NCBI GenBank assembly: GCA_964199315.1
Contig: OZ116712.1
Span: 21,018,001-21,082,000 of the forward strand
Origin: Orbicella franksi
Lineage: Eukaryota
Length of the DNA: 64,000 bases
Direction: 5' to 3'
Below, piece by piece: positions 11,553-23,139 of this stretch (the stretch's first letter is position 1; each line of letters starts with the position of its first letter). The notes below the pieces were generated by a model, which made no database searches, was not told where the DNA came from, and saw only the letters and a list, made by a program, of their open reading frames with translations. The translations under genes were made by a program, and so were the position numbers.

Positions 11553-12094
11553 ACGATCGCAGGCATATCATGAAATATGAACACCCGTTGTAACTAAAAA
11601 TTAATTTGTTGGCAATAACATATTAAAACAAGCTGTAATAAATGCTATGTTAGTGAATAAACAGCTACATCTTGCTCTGAAAATTTAGTTCTCCTTTAAT
11701 CTGAAACTGAGTCCAATATCGTTCTCCGGCTGGCCGAAGGCCGGCCTGAATGTAACGTGATTGGGGATCGAGGAAATTGGAACTCAAGAAGAGTAGAACC
11801 GTTGCGTAAATGACGCCGATAGTTGAAAAACAATACTTATACGTCCTAAGCTTCACATTTATGGGAAAAATCCTTTGTCTGGAAACGTCAGTACGAAGTT
11901 CAGGATGTATAAAGTATTGTTATTCAAATTTAGGCACCATTTCTGCGAAGGGTTTATGGCCGCTGGGAATTCTTAATAGGGATGCTAGTTATAAAATTAT
12001 AAACTAGGCATGATTTCTAAACTGTCTGTTCCTTGTTTTTCACTTGTACATCTTCATTAGTGCTATGTATGGAAGAAAGACACAAACAAACAAT

Positions 12095-12400
12095 GATTGC
12101 TCCAAACTTTTTGAGTTTTTTTATTTTTGAGTTTGAGTTTTTGAGTCTTTTTTTTGAATTTGAGTCTTTGAGTTTCCTTTTTTGACTTTTTTTGATTTTT
12201 TTCTTTTTAAGTTTTCTCCAAAGTTTTCTCCAATAACAGAAACGAAGACTCAAACAAGTGAAAAAAATCTGTTTATTTCATCACTGTTTTATGATTTGTA
12301 TTCTTAACGTCGAGACAGCAGAAAGCAAATCGTAATTTTTAAGAAGATTACGACATTTTTTAATTTTTTAATTTTTAATTCTTTTAATTCTTTAATCAAA
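12095..12400. repeat. Low-complexity T-rich repeats (TTTTGAG, TTTTTAA)
   Basis: Directly visible degenerate short tandem units. Confidence 0.7.
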
Positions 12401-12685
12401 GACATGTTCCGATGTTACTAACATCATCGTCAGTTACAGAATATTTGAAAAACCGTATATTTATGACTGGAAACCGTGATAATACTTTCAACCAAATCAC
12501 CCATATGCTCTTAGATTTCACGACTCCTTCAGGCGTTAAAATCGCTCCAAGCCATGGAAAAAAAGAAAAGTGGAGGAAAGAAAAAGATTGGCATTCCCTT
12601 CAATTTTTATATCGTCTACTTTGGACGCTTGGACAGGGCGCGATTTCTTTAACACTGTTTTTATAAATCCAGGCATATATATAAA

Positions 12686-14400
12686 CTGGAATCAAGATGA
12701 ACAGTTACGTTTGAGTTCAATTTAATTAATCATGAGTTGGTCAAGACTGCTACACAGAGAATGAAAGCAAACAAAGCAATTGGTCATGACCACATACCAC
12801 CACGTGCACTCAAGGCGTCCATTCCATCGATTATACGGCCTCTTAGTCATCTAATTAACACTATCATTACTTTGAGAGCTGTCCCTGACTCCTGGAAACG
12901 AGGAGAGATCGTACCACATCATAAAAAGGAGTCACAATTAGAGAAAGAGAATTTCCGACCAGTCACAGTTCTTCCAGCAGTGTCCAAGACCTTTGAACAT
13001 CTTATTCATCAACAATTGACAGTTCATCTAGAGAAGATTCTTCATAATTCTATGTTTGGATACAGAAAAAATCATGGGTACCCGACGGCACTCCTTGCAC
13101 TCACTGAACAGTGGAAGGAAGATCTTGATAATCATAACATAATCGGCACAGTAGCCATTGATTTAAGTAAGGCCTTTGACTCTCTATCACATGACTTAAT
13201 TCTAGAAAAACGTCAATTCTATTGGTTAGGTGATCATGCGCTATCTTAAATGCGAAGCTATCTCTCTTCTCGCCATCAAAGAGTGAAGCTCGGTACCGCC
13301 TTCTCCACGTGGGAAGGGGTGTTAAGAGGAGTCCCTCAAGGCTCTGTCTTGTCACCTACATTATTTAATATTTTTATAAATGACTTGGCGTATGCAATAA
13401 CACAATGCAGCATTATCAATTATGCGGATTATACAAATATCCATTGTTCCAGTAAGAACGTACGCGCTGTTGAAGACAACCTAAATAGTGATCTTGAGAA
13501 CGCAACTACATGGCTTATTCAAAATGGCATGAAACCAAATCTGAAAAAGTACCGGGCCATGGTCCTTGGCAGAAAAGAAGAACAGCTACTCCTTAAATCG
13601 GGTAATATTGATATTAGGACCACAGAAAAGACTAACCTCTTGGGGGTTGTACTTGACAGTAAGCTAAAATTTGACGATCATGTATCGAGTATTTGCCGCA
13701 AAGTGAGTGCTCAAATAAACGCCCTTAATAGACTGAAAAACATTTTACCACTTAAAACCAAGGAATCGTTTGGCACTATTGCGGAAAAAGAAACACTACA
13801 AAAATCGAAAAAGTCAACGAAAGGGCGTTGAGATATGTCTATAATGATAAACATGTATCCTATCAGCATCTCTTGGACAGGATAAGACTACCCTCCATAG
13901 AATCTCAAAGAATTCAAGACTTGTTATTGACAATACTTAATAGCATATCGAACAAAGCACCACGGGCAATTAGGAACCTTATTAATTTACGCTCATTTAA
14001 GTACAATCTCAGGCGCCAAGAATATGTTTTATCTTTACGTAAAGTTAACACTACTAAATATGGACTCAAGTCGTGGAGATATTTTTAGCAGCCAAGAAAT
14101 GGAATCAACTATCAAATGACATTAGAATAAAAGTAGGCACCAATGAAATAGTAAACAGAATTAGATCGCTAAATTTCGGGGATTAGTACGGCGGTAATAT
14201 TTTTATAATAATTTTGAATAGTTTTAATCAGTATTTAATTTGTGATTTTTACCTGATGAATTGTGATATTAGCGTTGTTTAGTTTTTAAGTTCTCATTAG
14301 TTATTAGGTGGAACACCTGTAAACTAGCTCTCAAGCTAAGCGTATATCCACGTTAAATAAAGCATTCATTCATTCATTCATTCATTCATTTATTCATTCA
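12686..14400 (+). mobile_element. 5'-truncated, inactive non-LTR retrotransposon (L2/CR1 group) with RT remnant and (CATT)n tail
   Basis: RT motifs KAIGHDHIP, ENFRPVTVLP, DLSKAFD, GVPQGSVLSPTLFNIFINDL and YADYT (mutated YADD). In-frame stop at 13247-13249, later deletion/frameshift. AATAAA then (CATT)n at 14356-14400. Possible TATATAAA TSD at 12678-12685 / 14401-14408 (low complexity, tentative). Confidence 0.92.
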
Positions 14401-14885
14401 TATATAAATTTCACCCTCACTAAGAACAAAATTCTGTCCGTGTTTTGCTATGTTGCTTTTGTCCTTTCCTCAAACCACGCCAAGCCTGACAAATATGTTT
14501 GCCTGGTTTGGTGAGTCTGTTGTAGTTGCTCTTCATTGGCCAACTTTTACAATTCAATTTTGATGTTTCCTATTTCCATCTCATTCCCTTAGCTAGTGTA
14601 AATATAATTATATTATAAAAAAAAAATGAAAAAACTGATTATGAGTAAATCAAATCTTCTGATTCTATTGCTGGAATTTTTTAGAAAAAATTAATGACAG
14701 TTTGTTACTTAAAATTGGAAGTTTACGAAAATATCAGTCATCTATAAATATATAAATATAAATCTATGAAAATATCGTTTTATCAATCTCTGGCCGAGGT
14801 TTCCCAGGACAGCGTTTAGACAGTTTCTTGTCCGTCAATTCAATTGCATCTGTAGAAATGCATTTTTTTTTTCACTCTTTTGCTG

Positions 14886-15947
14886 TCAAAAGTTATCAAG
14901 ATGGCTGTATGGTACAATGGGAGTTTTCGGCTCGGGAATGGAAATATTCCATTGCGGTGTATATAGGATTTTTCCAATGATTTTCGGAACCATGTCAACT
15001 TCAGGCTTTCTTTTGAAGACGTTGAGATTTTTATATTTCTCTGGTACTTCTTTTCTTACATCTCGCAGTATATCTGCCCAGTTGTCCAGAGGTAGCTGAG
15101 GATAATCTCTGTGTTCGTTGTTTATGGCCGTCACTGATGTGTATCGAACGACTTGACCACGAAATAGAATATCTGACGCTAAAATAACATATTTTTGACT
15201 TTCCCACCAGCTTATCGCCTCGTAGTCGAGTCTATAAGGTAAGAGATGCTGAATCGCTTTGGTGTGAAAGGCATTGACAGCGGCGTCAAACGCGATTGTC
15301 GCCGGTAAAATTGGCGGGAGATTACCTGCGGCGGTGCGCGGCGAGCAACAAAGCCCGGGAACATAAGAGCCGTTTGGCACGAGCTTTCCACAGCGACTAC
15401 AGTAATTACACAGACCTATTGCAGGCTCGTAACCTAAAAGAAAGTTTTCAAAAGCTTGAAGTGGATCTCTAGTTCCTTTGCTGTAACCGATGTCTTGTGT
15501 CATGTTTGACGTAAAGGAAAATTCGACATCGTCATCCATAAACACGAAGTACAGGTAATTCTTGTTCCTTTTCAGAGCCAATTGATAAAGAATATTTCGT
15601 CCGGCACTCCATGAAGTGTTCTTGCCGTCAACATAGACCACACTGCTTAAATTTCTCGAGGAGTCCAAACACTGTCTCCCCCAGCTTAATACCAAAACAT
15701 CTCGTGCGGCGCGGCTGTCAAGTTTTATAAACGACGAGAAATGATCAGACAGGCAACACTCCGCTTGTACGAGATAGACGATGCCTTTTCCTTTTTGATT
15801 CAACGACCCGTGGTCAAATCCATCGTTATTTAACGTATATAAATTACTTGCGAAGGAGATAACTCGAACATGATAACAGACGACTAAAAATAGTCCAAGT
15901 GCAGATAGCAAAAGCAAAGTAAAACTGGAAGGAACATGAATATTCAT
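14886..15947 (-). CDS. Single-exon type II membrane protein, GT-A-fold (GT2-like) glycosyltransferase candidate, ~353 aa
   Basis: Uninterrupted ORF (first ATG 15947; frame open a little further upstream). N-terminal TM FTLLLLSALGLFLVVCY. GT-A-like motifs SWSAGRN, YFVFMDDD (DxD), DAAVNAFH and NNEHRDYP. Confidence 0.7.
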   Translation of the reverse strand: MNIHVPSSFTLLLLSALGLFLVVCYHVRVISFASNLYTLNNDGFDHGSLNQKGKGIVYLVQAECCLSDHFSSFIKLDSRAARDVLVLSWGRQCLDSSRNLSSVVYVDGKNTSWSAGRNILYQLALKRNKNYLYFVFMDDDVEFSFTSNMTQDIGYSKGTRDPLQAFENFLLGYEPAIGLCNYCSRCGKLVPNGSYVPGLCCSPRTAAGNLPPILPATIAFDAAVNAFHTKAIQHLLPYRLDYEAISWWESQKYVILASDILFRGQVVRYTSVTAINNEHRDYPQLPLDNWADILRDVRKEVPEKYKNLNVFKRKPEVDMVPKIIGKILYTPQWNISIPEPKTPIVPYSHLDNF

Positions 15948-18900
15948 CCATGGACCATGTTCAGTCACTCGGTAACCAATTCCTCCGATATTCCTTTCTT
16001 CAGAGCTCTTAGATACTCATAATGCTATTTAAGTTTAGAGCGGTTTTCAAAATTTCTCCAAAACAAAAACTTCACTGAAGTGTTGCAAACTGCGCCCTCG
16101 CTACCAGTAACGTGTGGCACCGATTCAGGGTATTATTTTGTATTTCAGGTATACTGTAAAATAAATTACGATATTTCATTTCCAGTGGAACATTGAAAAA
16201 ATATAAACTTCTTTAAACTTACCACAAACAAATAACTCAGGGCTAGGTCTGGCTTTTATCGCATTGTTAATTACAGTCTGAACCATTTCACACCTTGATA
16301 CTTGAATTGTCAGTTGAAAGTGTCACTGGTGTGAAATATTTAGGGCTACAAGTCTGTTATTTTATAGGTCAAGAGTGGTTACGGTTTGGTGGATTTCATA
16401 AACTGACACGTGCTCCCCCAGTTGGCAACTCCATTAACCCTAAGAAATGAACAAAACACCAGTTTTTCAATTTGTTTTACCACTTTAGAATACAATTAGT
16501 TCATTGTTTCGCGATGTGGGAATAAGGTTCATCAAAAATGGTTAAAAAATCCAACATATATCGATTCCTTTTAGGTTTGTTTTCCAACTGAAAAATTCGA
16601 ATAACTTTCGTCTCACTGTTCGCTTCAATGATGCGATTCAATTTGAAGTAAAGTTGTCAATCCATTTCTCGTTCAACGCCAAAACAAATTAGTTTACAAA
16701 ATCCAGTTCTGACATTTACGTAAACTGGCATGGCCGTAGCGAACAAACCAACACTTAAATTTCCCTTTATAACGTCCAATTTTCGACTGAAATTTTGTTA
16801 ACACTTTCACACCTATGAAAATGTTTAGTTATTCTCCACTATTTATTGTGTTTTACGTTTCAGAGGATAAAGCCATCAACTCTACATTTTTCCCATAATC
16901 ACCTGTTCTAATGATCACTTCTGTCAAAGCTTTGCCGTCTTTCAAAGCCCAACCTTGACCGAAGCCGCTTGACTACCGATGTAAAATTAGTTTTCTTTAA
17001 AGTGAAGCGCTTCATTTGGTTCAAAGGACATGACGGGAGGAAACAAATTTTAGGAGGAAATTTCTATTAACATGGAGCCAGTCAGTGGTGGCACAATATG
17101 AAAAATCAAAATTCTTAATAATTCGTCGTTTAATCTATAACCCGCCAAAAATCACAAATTCGGGCCCCACCTGTCGTAAAAACACACAAAATTTAAGTGA
17201 CTCATACCTTCTCATAAACTTCGTTCTGTTCAATCCGCATCACATAAGACTCCAGTTTGAGCCTGGAAAATTACTGTTAAGGGGTTTACAAGTGATTTAG
17301 GTCCAATTTTTCTTCCCCAAAATTCTTGATTATGCACACTTTTTCAAGAGGCAAATTTCCTACGCGTTAAAAACACCGTCCCATAAAGCCTTTCGGTGCA
17401 GATACGTAATTGTCCATAACAAAATCTGCGTTAGTGTTACTGTTAAACTAGCGAGAGTCTCTGTATAAGCAATGTTGCTCCTGTCAGTCCGATATAAACT
17501 AGTTGGCCAAGAAAAAGTTAGCCAAGAAAAAAAAAAGAAAAAGTTAAAACAAGTTAGCCAAGAAAGGGTCTTAAATATATAAATTTTCGTCTGTAGAGAT
17601 AGCTATTTATTATCCAGAGAAAAGGAACACACAAATACAGAACGTACTGTTTGCTTAAAGAGTATTTTTATTTCCAAAGTCTTGTGTTGGGCTAATCGTT
17701 TTTGGGCCTAATAACCCTTCTAATAGGATACGAACACAATGAATGCAACATTCAAAAAGAGTCATCATAAAAGTAAGTTTTTACTATACTTACAATTTTC
17801 CAAAGACTCTTACAATACTTGTAGGTACATCAGCTTACATTATGTCACAGGACCTAAAGTAATCTATGAGGGGTGCGCTCCTATCTTTTTTTTAATTGTG
17901 CCCAGAATACCAAGAATGTTTCTGTGTCGACGTCACACTGCTTGTGGAACACCCAGGGCTGCTGGGTTTCAATTCGCCTGCTATCGAGAAAAACACGATA
18001 CCAGGCCCTTGTCGTCAAGCCGACAACCGATCATCGACCGAAGTGTTCCGAAAGGATCCGAATCGAAACGTTCACAGAGCCGAAGCAGAGGCGAGACAAG
18101 GCTGTCTAACATTGGAATAATCTCCCACTCCGCACTACAGTCCACACTGTCTGTTCCTCATATCTTTTTAAGTACGAGAATAAATCTGGCGAGTATTTTT
18201 TATGGTATATACAATTGTGAGTCCACTCACTATGGAAACAGACATTGTAGCCAGTGCCGGGGTGTGTTATATTCCAATGTCTAACAAAAGTCATCGGCGC
18301 GCGCGTGCCAAAAAAGGACAACCACAACAACCTTTCTGTTATTATTTTATAAAAAAGACTTAATATTACCTAAAAGAACGTCTTAAATAAATAAACAATT
18401 ATTCACCGACCTCAGAGTTAATAATTGTTGCATGAGTATGTGCCACGCCAGTGAGTCAGTGAATCAGGAAAAAAAATACAGTGTGAAGTTATTTAGCGAA
18501 ATCATTCCAAACTGACTTAAAAGAATTGAACGGGTTTTGTTTATCGATGGATCGATCGATCAACCTATCAATTAAAGCTTCCAACTCAAACCACTATTCA
18601 CCAGTGTGGTACATACCAACTCTATGATTATCCTCTATGCTACCTGCACTATAATGCTCTTGACCAACTCAGATGTGATGACAAGTCGATGCTGTTTTGT
18701 CATCTTGTTTGGATATTCCAGTGTATTCATTGTTTTCTTGCTGTTCCAGTTGTTACGATGCCCGTGGTTTGTCGACATTGCATCTACCTAACTAATTTGC
18801 TCTAAAACTGTTTTGCTAGTCCGCGAAAAACTTGGCTCTTCTTTATCCAAGCTTTAGTACTTACCCTTAACTGTTTTCGAGTTAGTTTGACTCGATCCAG

Positions 18901-19420
18901 TCTTCAAGACGTCATCCAGTTGCTCCGCCGAATGGAAAGTCTACCAACGTCTACAATTTGTAGACGGTCTAAGCTTCCTGCGCCTGCGAAGTGCAATGCA
19001 AGCGGATTCCTTGAAGAGACTCGTCTCACGAGGCAACGCTGGCGAAGAGCCATGCATATCTGGTTGTTAACGCCGCCTGTAAGCGAGATAAGGCTCTCGG
19101 GAAATTTTAACTGACTTTCAGGCTGCGCTAGCTGTCTGTTCACTCTCTTGATAGATGAAGATCTTCTCGCAGGGTGCATCTTGTTGGTCAAGTGTCTGGT
19201 AGACCGATTTTGGAGGCTACTTAGGCTTAAACTTGTAAGCGGGTTATCTAGGGTGTGTGCTTTGTCCCAGATACCCACTATACTAGCCGCTTACACTAGT
19301 TAGCTATCTGCAACTAGAAAACTGACAGCTTAACATGACAGAAAAACAAACCGATCATCGTGTTAAGCTGTCGGTCTCTAGTTTCCTAAGCTTCTTGATT
19401 GATTAAATTAATTTTAAACA

Positions 19421-19837
19421 TCTGGATGAACCTTGAGCCGAAAAAAAAAACCCTATTAATAACAACGATGCTGTCATTAAAGGGAAATGTTCCTGTCGAT
19501 AGCAGTGATAGTGCTGCCATTGAAAGAAACTAAGAAAATAAAAAAATTATTAGAAAACACTGAGCGAGAGATTGGGCAGAAGCAAGAGTTGCCGAAACAA
19601 AGCCGAAGCGTACCGAAGAAAAGCCGAACATCAAATCTTGTGCCGAATAATTGAATTAGTGAAATATCCGAAGGCCGTTTTATGAAACCCAGGAAGGGGA
19701 AAGGGGAGGCCCGAACCCAACCCGGCTACCCAATATTAACTTAATTTTCTAACATAAGTTAAGCCGAATCAGCCGAATATTGGCGAATATAAGCCGAATG
19801 TAGGCCGAACGTTTGCCGAATTTAAGGTTCATCCAGA
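19421..19837. mobile_element. MITE-like element with 14-16-bp TIRs and GCCGAA subterminal repeats
   Basis: TCTGGATGAACCTTGA ... TTAAGGTTCATCCAGA, with more than 10 internal GCCGAA copies. No TSD seen. Confidence 0.75.
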
Positions 19838-20703
19838 GCTCTAGCTATTTACCCACCCTACCCTACCCACAAAGAACTGCACTAACCACTACTAGAAAGA
19901 TGAACTTTAGTCTCTCGTTGCCAAGGCAATCCTGTGAACATTGGGCGCTGATACGTTACAGTTTGTAAGGGTAGCACTGGAATGGACTGCTATCTAAGGA
20001 CAGCAGACTGACCGCTTGACGACGTCGGTAGAAACTGATCTGTAAAGAAGAGAAACCAAGCATAAGAAAAAACTAAGAGCCAATTTTTACCACGAACTGA
20101 AATTTTCACATAACCTGTACTTGATCGCATATACAGTTTCTTTGAAAGTATCCTCGATACACGAGCGGAAACATTTCAAAATATATGCAAATAGACGCAT
20201 GTAGGATAGACATTTTGCCCAACTTCACACGATTTTGTTTGGTTGTTATAACCATACATTCAAGCTACAAGCGAACACACATTTCCCTAGAATAAAATAG
20301 ACATAGAGGAAAAATAGAAAGTAAGTTTGTTCAGGCGTTTTTCATTTCAGACGGTTATTCTAATTTGTAAATTTTGATACGCCTTCCTAATACTCGAGGT
20401 TTTGTCCCCGGGTTTTGTCCAATATACGACGTAAAAAATAGAGAAAAAGGCACTAATACTCATACACAAAAAATAGCGAGTAAAAGCTAAGCAAACAAAC
20501 AAACTAATTGCAAACAATCGTACATTTACCTGGCCATGAGTATAGGAAGATTACACTTTCACACCTCGTCACCATGATTAATTCACGTGGCCGAGCGATT
20601 GAGCGTTTTATTTTGGCCTTCTTCAATCGCTACCTATGAATTGAAAATGCAAATAAAACTAACTGAATTACAGTTTGCCAAGACCATGTGTAGTTAAGAC
20701 TGA

Positions 20704-20989
20704 GGCCGCCTTGTTCACACTACTTCAGAGGAATATAAAAACGCAACAATTACCGGTCATTTTGGATTTGTGTTTGAGGAAAACTCGGTCAGGGAAATCA
20801 CGTGATTATCGTGACGCCATCGTTGTCGAAAGCTTCGGTTTTCAAAATGTTTTCCGTCAACACGAAAACGCAAAGCGTTCAAATTCCTCCGGTTTGAAGA
20901 GCGGTTTCGAAAAGCTCCGTTTTCGTGACGGATTATTGTGGTCGGTTGGCCAAACCGTAGAAATAAAGCTCCGGCGTAGCGTGAACGCC
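20704..20989. mobile_element. PIF/Harbinger-type MITE
   Basis: Imperfect TIR GGC...GTTCACACTAC / GTAGCGTGAACGCC. 3-bp TSD TGA (20701-20703, 20990-20992). Confidence 0.7.
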
Positions 20990-21914
20990 TGAAATTGTTG
21001 ATTCAAAGCCTACTTGAACTCTCACAGAATAAGACTATTTGGTTAACTAAAACACTGTCTTACCTGCCGTAGTTTTGCCAGCTATGCAATTAAAGCCTTG
21101 GAGCTATTTAACCTTTGGTGTGCCGGCGTGGAAAGCACCAGTTTCAAGTATTTTAGGCTTCGAAATATTCAGCAGCAACTTCACCTCTTGGTACAATTGA
21201 ATTAATTAACTCAAATTTGGCGCCAGTTGTCTGACTGCACGTGCTCCACCAAAAGAAGGAACGTGATTGGTTCAAGTTACGAGAGCCGCACGGAATATTT
21301 CGCTGTTCCAGTGTGTTGTTTATATGCTAATTAAATAATTGTATTTTTTAATCAACAAAAAGGAGAAAATCTTAAACTTTACTAGGAAGAACAATTTTAA
21401 TTAAACCGAAATTCTCACCGTTGGAGACAGGTTTCCGTATAAGTGATCGGTGGAAATTATTGATTGATTTTTAGATTATGGGAGCTGAAGGCGAGCAAAG
21501 AAAAATATTTTACTTAGTGGGGGAGGGACGAAAACACCACCAGCATACCCCTTCCCTATTAAAGACAAACTGTCATGTTAGGAAATGACGTGTTCATCCG
21601 GGTTCCTATGGTACAACAATCAGTAATAACGGTCTGGATAATGTTAGCTTAAAAATGACAAACAGCCAAACTTTATATTGACAAATGCAGCTCCTGACAA
21701 ATGACAATGCACAAATTTTGACTGTCAGCTGCATGAAACATGTTCGGAAATTGTAAGTGACAAACACCCGAAATTTTAATTCACAGCTGTCTTGACTTCA
21801 CTTGACTTATTGGCAACTGGCTAAAGGCCAGCATTTTAACTGATAACCGATAACAAACGTTTCGCAATATATCGGCTAACAACGTAATTTGTAGTACATG
21901 TTTTGAGCCCAGGA

Positions 21915-22125
21915 GTATCAGTAGTTCGTATAGTGTGATCGTCCGACTGAGTGTAGTTCTGAAAAGAACTGTTGTTGGTGACTGACGTTTCGACAACCTG
22001 AGCGGAAGTCATCTTCAGAGTCAAGTGAATAGTGTTTGTCAGTCGATGATGTTATACGTCTGGTCCGTTGAACGTAATTGGTCAGTATAGCCATGATGGT
22101 ATTGTATATGTTATTTTCTGCTCTC
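21915..22125 (-). mobile_element. Penelope-like element terminal (pLTR) fragment
   Basis: Contains the minimal type I hammerhead that characterises Penelope pLTRs. Flanking sequence resembles cnidarian Penelope tails (recalled, not searched). Confidence 0.6.
21979..22023 (-). ncRNA. Minimal type I hammerhead ribozyme
   Basis: Minus strand reads UGACU-CUGAAGA-U-GAC-UUCCGCUCAGGUU-GUC-GAAA-CG-UC-AGUCA. Stem I UGACU/AGUCA, stem II GAC/GUC, core CUGANGA + GAAA + GUC cleavage triplet, loopless palindromic stem III (ACGU). Confidence 0.8.
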
Positions 22126-23139
22126 CTGTCCACTCGATCTCCTGTTTTGTTGTCAAACAATTGTGATTGGTTGACAGAAATAATATAACAGGCACCGCTG
22201 GAACGTTAAGGCGCATGCTCAGTATGTCGTTTCCCAAACATTGAAGAGTTTGGCTGCTTCTTATGAATCATTATTTATTTATTTTAGATATAGACAGAAT
22301 TTTGCTCTGTCACTTAAAAGTTCTGCTCCTCCAGGGTTCCTCTTTGTTCCATACGAATTTATCGTTGTTTTTGTCTCTGAAATTTTCTCAGTTTCCTAGA
22401 CTTTTCGATTCAAAGTGTCGACGCATTTTAAAACAATGAAAGTTAATGAAAAAAAATGATTTATTCCGACGTTCTCAGTATGCGCGAATTTTGGCTTCGA
22501 AATGTTAATTACTTGCAAAGATTTGAGTTGGATTAGGTTATTAGATATTCCAAAAAATAGTTGTGTTGAAGCAATTCCTCGGTACATTCAAATGTTGTAG
22601 TCTTATTCTTAACCCCCGGCATGTGGCCTACTTTCTCCTTTAAGCTCATTCGAATAACAATCATCGCATTTACATGTTCTTAGAAATAAGAAAACAGTTT
22701 ACATACGTCTCTAAGCACCTCAATGAAAACACCTGTCGTAAACCTTATCGCACATGCGTCAAACTTGAACAAAACATGTCGTCTTCACCAACAGAAACCT
22801 TTTTTATCACTGACTTTTTTTATCAACGATATTTCAAATATGTTGACGAGAATTCTGGTGAATATGTTCTAAGAAAAACAATGTAAATGTTACTGAATTA
22901 AACAGGCTTTTCGTGTGTCAACTATTAATAATAAATGAATCTAATCGCCATGGCATACACGAAGGATACGAAATTGCAAAAAATTTGCATTTTCACAGAG
23001 CCTGTCAAATATTCCAAACGAGGAACGGTTTCGCCACAGCGCGCGACGGTTAGCTGTCGAATAAATACTCTTTCCTTGGAAATTATCGTTTATTACACAG
23101 CAAAGGGAAGGATTTCTAGGGAACCTTTCATCTAGGAAA

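Noticed and set aside
17739-18330. 181-aa ORF and overlapping ORFs
   Set aside because: No recognisable domain, open frames on both strands, and no splice context; probably a repeat interior.
18887-19278. GC-richer segment with faint resemblance to hAT (NPLALH) or GIY-YIG (KLRPSTN) motifs
   Set aside because: Matches are too short and lie in different frames; cannot be assigned without a profile search.
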